A stretch of 64,000 nucleotides of DNA, taken from the NCBI RefSeq assembly GCF_964355755.1, contig NC_092680.1, positions 7,130,001-7,194,000 of the forward strand, in the 5' to 3' direction. Shown in pieces: positions 35,101 through 50,100 of the stretch. The stretch's first letter is position 1; each line of letters begins with the position of its first letter. A model generated the notes under the pieces. It was not told the origin of the DNA, did no database searches, and saw only the letters and a list, made by a program, of their open reading frames with translations. Source of the DNA: Antedon mediterranea (taxonomy: Eukaryota; Animalia; Echinodermata). Made by a program: the position numbers and the translations under genes.

Positions 35101-38100
35101 AAATGACCCACCTTTTTTCAAAATATATTTAAAAAAATTTTTTTAGTTAGTCAAAGGGATACATTTTTAAGACAATGGTACAGATTTAATTTGTTTGACA
35201 TCCAACAATGATCCCAAATTAGATCATCAAATACTGTAGTATGTGTCAGTAATGGCAAATCAAATATTTCATTTACAGGTTTAATAACAGTATCATGATA
35301 TTGGCAATAATTGTCTTTCTAGGTTCTGGAAGATGACGATGACATTTTACAAAATTGTTTCTTCAGCTCATTTCTTAAATATACTTTGGTAACAGTTTAA
35401 AAATGAAAATAAAAGAGTTACGTTTTTTAGATTTGTTTCCATTCTGTAATTGCTGATTGAGGGCAGCAGACACATCTAGGCCTTGTGGAAAACGTAGAAT
35501 GGCTACACCATAATTCAGATCAAATGCATCACTAAAAATGACAAAAATAAACTTTTTTAATAGTAATTGTTCCCAATTTCAAATTTCACAAGGTTATTTA
35601 TGTAATTTTAAAACAATGCAGTATTATTTGAACTAAGGTAATATTAAGATTTAAAAAATATGTGGGAGAGAACTGATCTGTGCAATGAGAATTTCTTGGG
35701 AAAAAAAATATGCAGATGAATAAAGTATTTGTTGGTATGAAGAATATAAGACAAGATACAGGAGTATTAGTAGTAAAGATAAAGGTAATGCATATCCATT
35801 CAAATAATTAATACAAACACCATGTGCCATTATAATCGTAACAGGTCTGCACAGTAAAGGAAGATGATGATGAGTAAAGCTCTGTCCCCACTATCAAACT
35901 TTTTGTGACAAAAAATGTAATGTGCCCATATATGGGCATATCATATCACTCATATTTAGGCACATCACAATTTGTTGTCAAACTAGTTTGATATTGTAGA
36001 CAGAGCTTAAGAAATTAATAATAAAACTATACCATTATATTATGGTACTTACTGAATAATGCCAACGTAGTCAACTACACTGCTTGCTGTATCTTTTTGC
36101 CAATTAGATTTAAAACCCAGGAACACTGTATTAGGCTTTATTTTTCCAAGACCAATTAACTGAAAAGTGAATAAATTACAACATCAGGGCTATAGCTATC
36201 ATTTTGAATGCCACATTTCTATTGATAATTTATATTTAAAACATCTTTGCCTCTTCTATTTTTAACTCTCCCAATACGGGACACCTTTGGGCTGGCCAAA
36301 TATGTTCTGGTTTTCCAGAAATGTTGGTGTTAGGAATGTGATTTGAATGGTAAAAATAAATTTGGGACTGTTTGGACTTCTGAAAGGTATTGGGAGAGTT
36401 TCCAGAGAGTCTGGTAGTGGGAGAGTTGACTGTACAGTAGTGACCTATCATTTTTCCATGCGACTATAAAGCTATTAAGTAATTACTCCAATGTGATCAT
36501 ATGCTTCTCAGTAAGCACAGAATAACTTTTCTAATCGGAAGATTTGTAGTCGCACAAAAAGACACATTCTCTTGGATAGAATGGGTGATACCACTATACT
36601 TATGCTATGCCAATTATTATCTGTGTGTTACTGTATTCTAATATACAATAGATTTACATCTAATAATAAACTTACTTGTAGTAAACTCTGTGCTCCTGTC
36701 CTTAATGATGTTGATATAACAGGTGAATAAAATCCTTTGATTTTTTGCTTTAGTAGCCAATTTGTGTAGTCTTTCGATGTTGATGTCAATTGGTCCAAGT
36801 TTTCTTCTTGGTTACCCTAGAAAAGAATGCCAAATAGACACATTGAACTTGCAAAACAACATACAGCTAATCACCTCCATTACGTTACCCTGATATACAT
36901 ATCCTATATATTTATTTATTCAACTTTGTTTTACAAGATTAACTCTAACAGCTGTACTTAGCAGTATAGCTGACTTGAAGAGGCCCTCTTCAAGAACAAA
37001 CATATACAGAAGACATTCAAACATAAAGACACAAGAGGATTCATAACATGATCAAACAGATTAAAAATGTAAATATTTAAAAAAAACAAAAAATTAGAAA
37101 AATGTTAAAATTCATTAAAAAAAAATAAAACTTTAAAGTTCATAAAAAGACATTGGTACCAAATATTGCTTATATATTAATTTACGTAAAATGATAGAAG
37201 AAGTATATTTTGAGATGTACAACATTTTAAGTACCTTTAATATGACATTCTGACTCTAGTTACCTTAAAACTAAATGATCAGTATGACCTGAGGACACAC
37301 TTCGCTTTAAGTTTTTATCTAGGTGAGGGACGGGTTGCCTTTTTTTTATTCTACATGAACTTGAGTTAGTCCTTCTCTTAAAATGTCTGACAACCGTCAT
37401 GACAAATCCTAGACACCCAGTCACAATTGACAATTCCTGCATTCGCCCACATAAGTATAAATACATATGCCTTATTGGCAACTCATTTTGTATGAACTTA
37501 AAAATTTACAAAAATAAAGTTACTTACAACAATAACATTTCCACATACAAGAAGACTTGTGTTTTTAGTGATATGTGATACAAAGTGAACCAGCGCTGGA
37601 CGACAATCTGGTGTACCGCTCAACACTAGACACTGTGGTCTGCAAAAGCACAAAAGAAATTGTATTATTCAATATGACAGTAGAACCACACTATTAAGGA
37701 GCCACCTTCGAGACACAAAGCGTCCCCTTAATAGGGGTATTTCCTTGGTTTGTTGTAATGTTCAAACATATATTATATTGTATTGGTCTTAGCCTTCCAA
37801 TGTATTAACCGCCCTTCACACCTCTCACTTGATCTCACAAACTCATTAAAGGATGAGGGACATAGGCCATGCATTATTTTAAAACCTAATGCGAGTCTAT
37901 ACACTTTAAATAAACCTTTAATATTTAAAATATTTAGGGTCTTTAACCTATATAATATGAAGTGTCCCAATTTCCTTTTCAATTCAATTTCAATTTCTTT
38001 TTATTTCGGAAATATCATCCATATAAATAAACTTATTAATAGAAAAAGAAAAATCTAAACTTAAGTATAAAGAATGCTTCTCCATCTACAATACATTTTG

Positions 38101-41100
38101 GAGTTATGGAGCATATGTTTGCAAACACAAGCAACAAGGATGTTACCACTATTCAACATACGTTGCATGAAACCATAGGTAGATTTTCGCATGTACTCAT
38201 TAAAGGAAGGGACACCATGTTCAATAAACATTGCACTGGCACTACTACTTCTAGAGACATTAAATATACGGCGCAATATTGTTAAGTTTTTTAATCGGAC
38301 GCTTATGGGGTACCTTACCGAAAGCAGATGAAAAATCTAAGAAAATTACATCTACTTGCTTACAATATTTTGCATCTAAACTTTGAGCCCATGAATATTG
38401 CACCTCACACACTGTCACAGGAAATTGTCCCCTTAATAGGGTGTCCCAAAGGATTTAATATTATTAAATTGGTAACAGGCTTATCACATTTTTGCATGAC
38501 AGTCAAGACAAGACATTGATATCTAGAAAGAAAGGATCATAATTACAGTAGTTGAATAAAAACATAAACAGAATAGAAGCAGTGAAAACTTACCTAAATG
38601 TTTTAGTATGTTCTGGAATAGATAACAATTTCACAGTGCATTGTAGAGCTTGTTTATATGTTAATGCCTGTGTAGATGAACCCCAATTAATTTCTGAAAT
38701 AGAAAATTAGCATGGTAATCTACTGCAGGCAGAAAACAGAATTTATTTTTGTTATATAATACAGTACATGAATCTACTGTAGCCATTCGTCATTTTAACC
38801 AATACAACTTTAATGAGACATTTCCCTTTAGGCAAGCACCTGTTTGCTTTGGTGCCTATTTAAATTGTGAATTGTTTCACTTAAGTCAAAATATATAGAC
38901 ACATTTTACAAGTCACAAAATATTTAAGGATTTTGCCTTATAAAATTTAATATATACATTTAATTACTTTTTTTAACATTTTAAGTGAAAGTGTTTCCCT
39001 CGATTGCTTGGTGAATAAGGCCACTGTTTCTTAACATACTGTATAAGTCAATGTCAACATTCTATGCCAACCTAAATAACTTAAAATAATAATAAAATAT
39101 CAATACCTGGGTTTTTATGACTGACGTATATATAAAGAGCAGCGATCAGACCGGCTGTAATGCACGCTGCATACCAATTGATAAGAAACATAACAGCAAT
39201 ACATATAACAGCTGCAAGAAGTGCTACCCATTTGTTATAGTATTTAAATGCAGGACGCCAACCTATATAAAAAAGATAACCGAGTTATTCAATGAAAATG
39301 AGAGGCAAGATGAATCACATTACACAACATTACTTCTTACTATAAAACATCAATGTTTTAAAAGGAAAAACATTAAAAAGCCTAATTCTCGAATCTCTCT
39401 CTCTTTTTTGTACCAATGTTAATTTTGTTAGGGTTACAATTTGTATCCCATTCCTATTTCATTTTATTGCATTTGTATATGTCTTGATTTTAGAATAAAA
39501 ATGTTGATGATTGATTAATACTAATACATACAGTATGATATGAATTATTAATTTGCATACTTACCAGGTGTCTTTGACAATGATGCCGAGAAGCACGAAA
39601 AATTAATAAGTGCATAGGAAGCTAAGAAAAAATTTGAGATAATGGGTGCTATAGCATTCAATTCACCTAAAAAAAAAATAGATATATTATTATTAAAGTA
39701 GCATGTAATTATTTATTTAATATCTTTATTTGTTTTAATATAGAGAGATAAATCAAATTGGAAACTGAAAAAGATTACTTACTAATACATAATTATACTT
39801 ATATACTATAGATTGAGAGATATCTTCCCTCCGAGCTTTTCCAACAACTACATCCCATTTCCTCAGTAGAAGCTTTCAAATGTTGTTTAAAACCTTCAAA
39901 TTACAATTCTGGTAATTGCCAATACTCTCCCCCAACCCTTTAACCCGCCATTTTGAGTCCATTACCCTCCAACCACAGGACCCATAATCCCCTCTCCCAG
40001 TACAATTGTAGTTATTTTGATAACCAATGTGTATGGATATATGAAGTAAAAATATTATATAAACTCTCTCTCCATGCAGGTCAAGCTGTGTCATCACTAG
40101 TCGATATGACAGCCATGTTGATGTGGATAATAAACGGTTACTGTTATTCAAACCGCCTGACGATGTGTATGGATATATGCAGTAAAAAACTTTACACAAA
40201 CTCTCTCTCATTATCAATGGGCTAGTTGTTCACATAAGAAATATTCCCATACTCACCAAGAGCAATGAAGCCAAGCGCAATGAAAAACGTTAAAAAGTAC
40301 GCCCTCTTAGGCTCATCTGCTGGGCCTACACCTTTGGCAAAGAATTGGGTTTTTGGAAAAACATTATCCTTACATACTGCCTAAAAAATAATTGATGCAT
40401 TAACATTAAGAATTTATTTTAAAAAAACAAACAAAATTGTGTTTTAAATCATTCAATAAAATTAGCAAAGCAAAAATTACTTTACATATAACATACTATA
40501 AGTATATACATAATGATAATGTGTTTCTTACCTGAAACACTTTTGGGGCGCTGACTAAACTGGCGAGAGCCGATGACAGTGTTGCAGCAAAAATACCAGC
40601 AATAATAAATGGTGCGAAAGCAGATATCACGTAAGCAGCCTACGAAAAAAATAATATTAATGCATTTACGTTATATACTGTTATTCAGTAACACATTCTG
40701 CTGTTGTCTTGTTATTTATTTCTTACAATGATCTTTAATTGAAAGTTTGGTCAATTTTTTTTTTTGGAAAAATTAAATTAGTGATTCACCATACCAACAA
40801 AAATATGTATGTTTATTAAACTGGACATTTTATTTAAAAAAAGAATATAGAAAATGTACCTGCAAATCCCACAAAAGACCATACTTGCACAACTGAATCT
40901 GACAAGGTCCTGTTGTGTTTGTTGCGCTAGCCAAACTAGGGCCAGGCATTCTAGTAGTTAATGCCATACTAGCATTTATTACACTTGGAAAGTAGTCAGC
41001 CACACTACCAGTAGCTTCTCTCACCATGACTGCGCCTAGTAACCAGACCAGACCGATGTAAACAATTGATGTGATCAGAATGGCTAAAAGAGTTCCTTTT

Positions 41101-44100
41101 GGAATTGCTTTCTGAGCGTCCTGTAAAACACAATTTTGTAGCACATACCGTTCAGTATTAGTTCTAATGCATAGTAAATGTTCTATTCAATAGTCTATTG
41201 CACTTTTCAATCTCCCAACTTCCAATAAAAAATTCCCCCGATTCATCATTTATATACTCTTGTCAAAAATCAATTTGCTAATAATTTGCATTACAATATT
41301 ATTTTCAAAATTCTAGATTTGATAATAGATAAAATATCTAAAAGTATAAATATAAAAGAAACTTATTATAGGAGTTTTCTCTAAAATTCAGATTCACTAA
41401 TATGGATAGGTAATGGTACAAGGACAACCTTGATGTCACGTTTGCATTTTTGCAATCTATGCGAATGCATTGTGGTATGAGTGTTGCTGAATATAGATTT
41501 CAAAACCAAATAATATTTTGGTTATGTTCATTATGAGAAATGCCCTGTATGGCTCAGCAATGGATGCAAACTGGTGTTGTCAACTCCAAGAGTTTTAATA
41601 TATTTACCAGCCTGATGATTGTTATTGTATCTGTATTTTGTATAATTGTGTATATAAACAGTTTGTTTTTATATATGTTTTTACACATATGAATGGCTAG
41701 TGTTTCCCGAAAGTTCTGCTAATTTTTATGGCTTCAATATTGAATCAGAATAGGCCAGAATATAAAACTAGGTTACAATGACACTCTACAGCTTAACCAC
41801 TTATCTTTGATGTTTATTAAGACTACAAAAAAGGCAGTTTTTAATTTGAGATTCTTTATTGAAGGATGTTCCGTTAAGTATTTGTTCACGGCTGTAGTTC
41901 ATGCCGTGTTCTCTCACGTGTTTTATAAAGTGTCGCTGACACACAAACCTGGATTTCCTGTAGCATGACTCAATATCTAGCGAACCTCAAGCGTCTGCAA
42001 TAAACTTGAATTTAATCATTTACAACCATGAAGGAATAATACTCAATGCTATAACGTTCACATTCATTAACATACATAATAGTGAATCTTAATTGTATAG
42101 AACACTTCGTTCTTTTCCTATAATAAACAAGAGTTTCTTTTATATTTATACTGTTTTTATCTATAAAGCTCTGTCTACACTATCAAACTTTAAGTGACAA
42201 AAAAATGTGATGTGCGCATATTTTGGCATGATGATGTCATATCACTACCATATTTGGGCATATCACTACTATATTTGGGCACATCACACTTTTTTTTGTC
42301 AAACTAGTTTGATAGTGTAGACGAAGCTTTAGATTATTAGATACCATTTTTATTCATAAATTATCATACCCGTAAATCACCAGAAATATTAGCACCTGCT
42401 AAAATGCCAGTTGCTGCTGGAAAGAAGATGGAGAAGATGGAAAAGAAACTCTCGCCCTCTGTGTAGCCTGGCCCAAAGTTATTCTTGAAAGTGGTAACTG
42501 TTGAATAGTCATAAGAGAAAACACATTAACACAGCAGATTTTAAAAATTGAATTCTTCTTTAAAAAAATAATTCAATTATTTCAAGTCTGGATATAATAT
42601 TCCCAGATGTGTACAATTTAAACTTATATTTAATGATTGTCGGCTAAGAAAATAGAAAGTACATTTATAGAAAATAAATCTGCTTGAATAGCAATGTAAA
42701 TGTGTTCTTAAGCTCTGTCTACACTATCAAAACTAGTTTGACAAAAAAAAGTGTGATGTGCCCAAATATGGTAGTGATATGATGTCATTATGTCCATACA
42801 CTGTATGGGCACGTCACATTTGTCACATAATGTGTAGACAGCAGAGCTTTATACATATCCCAGCCAGCCATTACTAACTAGCTAGTTATATTTACACTTA
42901 ATTTTGTATAGCCCTAATTTTTACAATCATGACAATTCAACTCATATCATAAGTATGAGGCTTGATAAAGTAATCAACTGATGAAAGTTAGGAACACAAT
43001 TTACAACCCTACGTACAAGTTTCCACCTCAATGTTCTTGCTAGGAATGAAGGTTATTGCAAAGTTTATCAATATATTATTAATAAAATATTTCATTATTA
43101 AATCACACTTGAATATTTTGCTAACAACACTGCAGCAAATTAATCAATGTAGAATCCAAGTTTAGGTTTATTTAGAAATTGCATGGACCTTTAACAAGAC
43201 AGAATATTGGTTTCATAATTAAAACATATTTCTTACCATCATATCCAACAAAGCCTTTGGCAAATTCCTCTTGTGTAGGTGCAATTATTGAGCCAATTAT
43301 AAGCACAATAATTGAACAAATAAGAATAACAAGAAGAATCAACTGGGCCTATAGGGAAAATAAACCATTTATTATTTTTGTTAACATTAATAATAGAATT
43401 TTTATTTTAAATCTATTTTTAATAGGCTTACAGTTAGTCACTCTTTATATTTAGTCAAGTGAAACATTAATAAAAAAGTTAATAATAATTTGTCATCATG
43501 TATAAATAATAGAAGAACAGATGAGATTAATAATAAACTTTGTATAATATTTTACATTTTTATATCGTTTGCACAGATTTTTTTAAATATTATTAATCCT
43601 TAATAGTAATTTCCACTGAAAAGGGGTGTTCTAAAGAATCACTGTACTGTAGCATTATCTACTGAGCGCAGAAATTACACTTTTCTCCCCTAGTTCGATT
43701 GACAGAAAAGTGTCCCTTTTATACACTGCTGTAGAATGCACAATTCTTACTTCTTGTACAAATCTCAGTCACTCTAATCTAAGAATAGCCTTAATTAAAT
43801 CAGAAAGGTGATGGTTAATATATTATGTACTTACCCTTGCTTCCCATGCCATGCCAATCATTGTTATACCAAGACATACAATTAGCGTAATTACTCCAAT
43901 TATACGCACATCATTAATTTCATCAACCATGATTAAATTGTGATCCTAAAAAGAGTGATAAATTCTGTGACAACAGGTTCTAAATATGTATTTCAAATTT
44001 GTATAAAAGTTTAATAATATCTACAGTATTGTAATAAACAATTCTCTAAAGTTCCATCTACTCTACCAAATGTTATGTGACAAAAAAATATGATGTGGCC

Positions 44101-47100
44101 ATATATGGACATGATGTCATATCACTGCCTAATGTGGGCATACCACTACCTAATTTAGGCATATCACTACCTACAGTAGTTTGGGCATATTACTACCATA
44201 TTTGAGTACATCACAATTTTTTTTTGTCAAACTAGTTTGACAGTGTAGACAGAGCGTAATAAAGAGCAGAATTCGCTCTCTCCAATATATGTTATACGGC
44301 CACAATATTTATTTCCACAGCTTAAAGTGTAGGTTTATTGCATACAGTATCATCACCAATTGTCATATAACTTTCATAACGCATTCCGGCAGCATATTTC
44401 AAGAAAGTAATACACTGGCAGAATATTCTGGTATTTCTAATTGTACAGTATTGAAGGTAACTTCAGTGATACAGCATCTCATGTGTTACAATGAGACCTG
44501 TACCATACTCTAGACCCTAACTAAAGCTACAATCTAACTGATGATACATGTACATGTGAATTTGATACAGGACAAATATTATGGGGATAAAGCACTAAAA
44601 ATTGGATGAATATATATATATATACATGGTCAAAGCTTTGCCTACACTATCAAACTTTATGGGACAAAAAAATGTGATGTGCTAAAATATGGACACAATG
44701 ACATCATACCACTACCATATTTGGGCATATCACTACCATATTTGGGCATATCACTACCATATTTGGGCATATCACTACCATATTTGGGCATATCACACTT
44801 TTTTTGCCAAACTAGTTTGATACTGTAGCTTTAAAATAAAACACAAATTATTGTAAAATGAAGTTTTAAATAGAAGAAAGGAATAAAAAAGCAATGACCC
44901 AGAACTTAGCATCAACAACAGGAAATTGGATTTAGAACAATAACTGTGTAAAACTATATAGTGATATTTTAATTTAATTAATACAGTAAATGTCTAAAGC
45001 TCGGTCTACACTATCAAACTTTATGCGACAATGATGTCATATCACTACCATATTATGGTATATCCCTACCATTTTTTTGTCACATCAAATTTGATAGTGT
45101 GTACTGTATGAGGTTAAGAATCAAAACTGAAGTCATCTAAAATTATGTATAAGACTTATTATTTAAAAAATATTAATTAAAAGTTTGGATGAGTTGTTGG
45201 TTTACTAACGTGGCAAGTACAAACTTGAACCTTAGTGGGAACAGAGCTTTAGAATCAACCACTTTCTGTTTTCATATTCATCATAGGCAGAAATTTCTTT
45301 ACTGTTTGAGCTCTCACTCAGTGCTCAATCCATTTGTTTGTGTCAACATTAATATTTTGCAAACACTTGGTTCCCACTAGAGACGCAACACAAGGATGTA
45401 ATGCAACGTAAGTGATTTGACCAATCACAAGCGATGGATTATTCGAACAGTTGATTGGCATTGGTCAACTCGCTTGCTTTGCGTCTACGTCCTAGTGGGA
45501 ACTAAAGCTTAACATTTCTTACATGAAGTAAATCCCTGGTAGTTTCTGAAAATCCCACGACGTACATGGAAACAGCAACAGCATTGGCTAAGGAGAATAT
45601 CAATCCAATTGAACCACCAAATTCGGGACCAAGACTACGAGATATCATATAATAAGCACCACCTACATTAAAACAACAATATATTGTAAAAGAATAACAC
45701 AATAGTCATAAACAAAGTATCAACAAATAATTTGCGGTTCTAATAACAATATCTAACTACATTAAGTGCATACAGTCGCCAACACATGTAATCTTATCTC
45801 ATAGATAGTTATTAAACAAATATAATAATCATTAGGTATATAGAACATTCTTATCATTATTACCGAGATATTCCACATCATCCACAGAACACATAAATTT
45901 GCAATCAAATATCGATATACATGTAACATGTTAGAGTGGTTTGTCATTACAGTAAAGGTACTATTGATCTGCAAGTTTCGTCTTCAAATTTCTTTGTCCT
46001 GTTGTTACCTCTGCCTAGGAGGTACTTTTCAACCCTGTATATGTTTATGTTTATTTTTGTGGGTACTATTAGTTGGTGTGTTTGTGCTTTTCCTTGATAT
46101 TATCTCACATTGAACTTCTCTATAAATGTATTATCACTGGAATCAGCTGGTAACGTACAGTAGTGAGATACAGATGCATAGACTTACACAGACAGACATA
46201 GAGACACATATTAAAACTAAACTACTTTTGTTATCAATAACTTTGCAATGATGATTACTGGGGTTAATAAAACTTATACCTGTCATGTGCCACTTTAATT
46301 CAGTTCAGTAGTTAAAGGAGTTTAGTGGGGTTCACATGGAACTATGTCTAGAAGAAGTGGATTTAACAATTTTCTACTAACTGGACTAACCTTGACAAAT
46401 CCCGTTCTTTGGTACAATTATGTCTAGTTAATTCAATTTCATAAAAACCTGGTATTGAAGATTTTAAATACTATTTCATGTATAAAATCATCTCTTTTTT
46501 TTATTTATCCTGTATGTTGTTTACTTTTAACTTGTGATTACCAATTAGTCATTTGTTAAATTTTGTATACTTTTTTTATATACTTTCAGTATAGTAAATA
46601 TTGTAGGCCTACTACCATCTTCTCTTATATCTATTAGACCTCTGTTCCTCATCAGACATAGTTCATTTAATTTTTTAGGACATTTTACGGTAGTACACAA
46701 TGAAGAATAACCATATTCTTTGCAATTTAAATGTAAAATATGAACATTCTTCATTTGAGTTAAAAAATTCTTTAATTTCATTGGTGCAAATGAGACTGAA
46801 GGGGACCTGCTGGGTTGTTAATTGGATTACCCTCATAAAATAACTGGCTATCCTTGGATTTAGTTCTAAATCCAAGCAGCAATAATTGTCCAGAAAAAAA
46901 CCATCATCCGGACATAATTGAGCGTTCACATCCAAATTATGGCGAGATCATATAGATAATCTAGTTAAATTAACTAGCCATAGTTCGATGTGAACGCCAC
47001 TTTTGTATAAATTAAGATAATCAGTCACTTGTAAACATTCTGTTTATATATTGATATATGATTATGAAGTGTATTGATTACGACATACATCAGTTGTGAA

Positions 47101-50100
47101 AGTTAATAAAAATATCAGCAGAAGATCAAACAGTGTCCTGATATAGAGTAGATTATGCATAGACTAATCTATGCCACAAATGGCTTGGTAATGCATGATT
47201 CTAAAATCTGCTTACTAAACCGAACGATGAATAGAAATGTCAGTTTACAGTGTCATACATACATTACATCAGTTTCTTCATTAGTGAGTATGATTGTAAG
47301 CATAATTTCAGAAAGTATGAAGATTGCATAACAATAGGCTAAAACTAATTCCTTATAATGATCAACAACAAATGTAATTAAATTTTTTTTAACAATCTTT
47401 TCACATATTTTCATAATCAAATGTTACAAGGGTCATTTCCGCAATCAATTGGCCGTGATGGAAATCATTCCTAGATGCTTTGAGTTGGATTCTTTTTTTA
47501 GAGGGCTATTGTACCACTGGATCTGTCACTGGTTATGTGGTAAAATGGTGGATAGGTTAATCCAGAAAAAGATCACAAAATCAAAATAGAACTGACCAAA
47601 ATTTACCAAACCAAAAGGATTACATTTTTATTAGAAATAAGATAAACAAAATTAACATTTTTCTCAAACATTTAAAATCATTATTTTAAGTTTAAGATGA
47701 ATTACCTCCTTTGACTTGTCCATTTGTACAAATGGCGGACATCGACAATGTTGTTAATACAGTCACTACTGTTGACATTAGAATAATTATTGTAGCACAA
47801 CCTTTAAACAAAAACAAATGTATAAATCAATTGAATTCAAACATGCAAAAAAACACAAATCGTATATTAATAATCTATGTGTTGGACTTCATGGAAAACA
47901 TGAACAAAACTGATATAAATTATTAATAAATGACTTAAATAATACATTTTTTTCCATTTTACCGACTGTTTCATAAAGGTGATCACTCTTCGGTCATCAG
48001 GTGCTGGACGTTGAGTGAAAAATATATATAATAGATACTATGAATTTTTAAAATTGAAAATACCATAATTTACTGTACATTTATGGGAATGTAATTCTTA
48101 CACTCAGTACACAACATTTACTATCTGTAAAATCATTATAAACATAATTAAATCGTAAAAGTCTATAAAACCTGGGTATAAAACTTATATAAATTTAACA
48201 ATGTTTATGAAACACAACCACATTCCACACAGATTGATTGGATATGACAAATGAAACGGACTTAATATTGCATTGAGCATTGTATTCAATATTTTAACAA
48301 CCTCCTTTGGTTTAATTAAAATTCTGGCCTTGAAATATGGTATAGTCATATACAAATATTGTTATTTTAGACAGTACAGTACTTACTGTAAGTACAATAT
48401 ATGCAGGACTTTCACTGTACAACTACTTTAACTCACTTGAATAAACAGCCTACCTTCTCACTTAAGCAGTTTATAATGTACGTGCCACGAAAGTATACTT
48501 AATCAAAATTAATTCATTTTACCAAATGACATTGCGAACATTCACCCATTCACATTACAGTAGCTGTTTATTTTATATTCTTCTACATAAATATAGTAAG
48601 TAAAACATCTATTGAAAATGTTACAATTAGGTATTATTATTTGTTTATGTTAATTTTAAAGAATATATTTTTAATGATACAGGTACTGTACAGTTTTATT
48701 TTCTATTTTAAAATAGTATTTTCTATTTTTCAATATTAAACTCCATTTTGTCAATAAGACTTAAAGCACCCTTGATTCTTAGAAGTGACTTAAATAATCA
48801 AGCTGAAGGACTTTTAAAAACTGACTGTTGACAAGATTCTTGACTATGATCCAACATAGAGCAAAATCTTAAACTTGGTTCACACAACACAATGACAATG
48901 GCGTACGAGCAATGAAAGTGACAGTTGAGATGACATCGTGTTAATTACTTGTGTTTCACTTACATGCACATTAAGTGGTAATTTGAACCAAGCTCAATGG
49001 TTCAGAGTGGTGTAATGCAGAGGTCTGAGGCCCCTGGTGTAGGGACTCTAAGCAGTTCTCCAAAGCAAACATATTCTACTACTGTACCTTTTTGCCCTCC
49101 AGGCCCTGCTCAGGAGCCTCCTTAAGCTCCATGGCCCCTGGGTTTAGCCAGTGAGCGCTCATAGTCGTTTACCATATATTGTACTGTACAGATTTCATTA
49201 TATAGCGCTTTATGTATCCCTTTATAAGAAGTATTTATTGCTTATATATTAAGTGATTATTCAGGCCACTAATAACACATTAATTTTCAAGTAACATACA
49301 GCATATTTTGACTGAATTATTCAATTATACAAAAATAAAGCATTTATAAATACCTCCACGATTTAATTGACTCACTGATTATATAACTTACTAATTAATG
49401 TAACGACTGCTAATCGAAGGAGAGGAGAACAATTCTTAAAATATTTTTTTTCATTATTAAAAGATACTATCAATTTAATTGTCCCCTTAAATAATAAGTT
49501 TAAACAAATATTGATTATAACGTCTTGTTGTTATGGATAGTTCTCACTTTCATTTTTAAAAAATTGGATGAAAAACAAGAAAATTAATTATCTGATAAAA
49601 CCATATTAGTAATTAGTCAACTGGAAGACCATTGTCCAGTTATTTTCCATTTTATATAATAAGTGGCATTAAATTAAAACCTGGGGACAATACATCTTAA
49701 ATTAAATTAATTTGATATAATCAGTTGACTTAACTCACCAACTCCTGCCTGTCCTGTTATCCAGGTTAGACGTAAAAACAACATCACACCCCAAATGTTT
49801 AAAAGACATCGCACCTGTAAAGAAAAATATGCAAATAGAATAATAAATAAATTTCTAATTCATTTAGTAAATTCAAAATCAAAATTATAAAAGATGGTTA
49901 CAAAGGAAATAAAACAATCAAAATATTTAAACACATTAGTTTTGACTTTTTTGGGAAAAAATATGTTTATTCACCATAGAAACTTTTAAACAATCAATTG
50001 CAATCTAATGTCATAATTATCAGTTACTCACATACCTTGAATAAATTATCTTTATTTTTTTTACTTTTCAAAAATTCAATTTTTCAAAAAGAAAATTAGA

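Noticed and set aside
49353-49434. Possible alternative TM2 cassette exon of the NKCC gene (ends CGTGGAG|GTA)
   Set aside because: Wrong length and in-frame stop codons. The resemblance is limited to a few residues.
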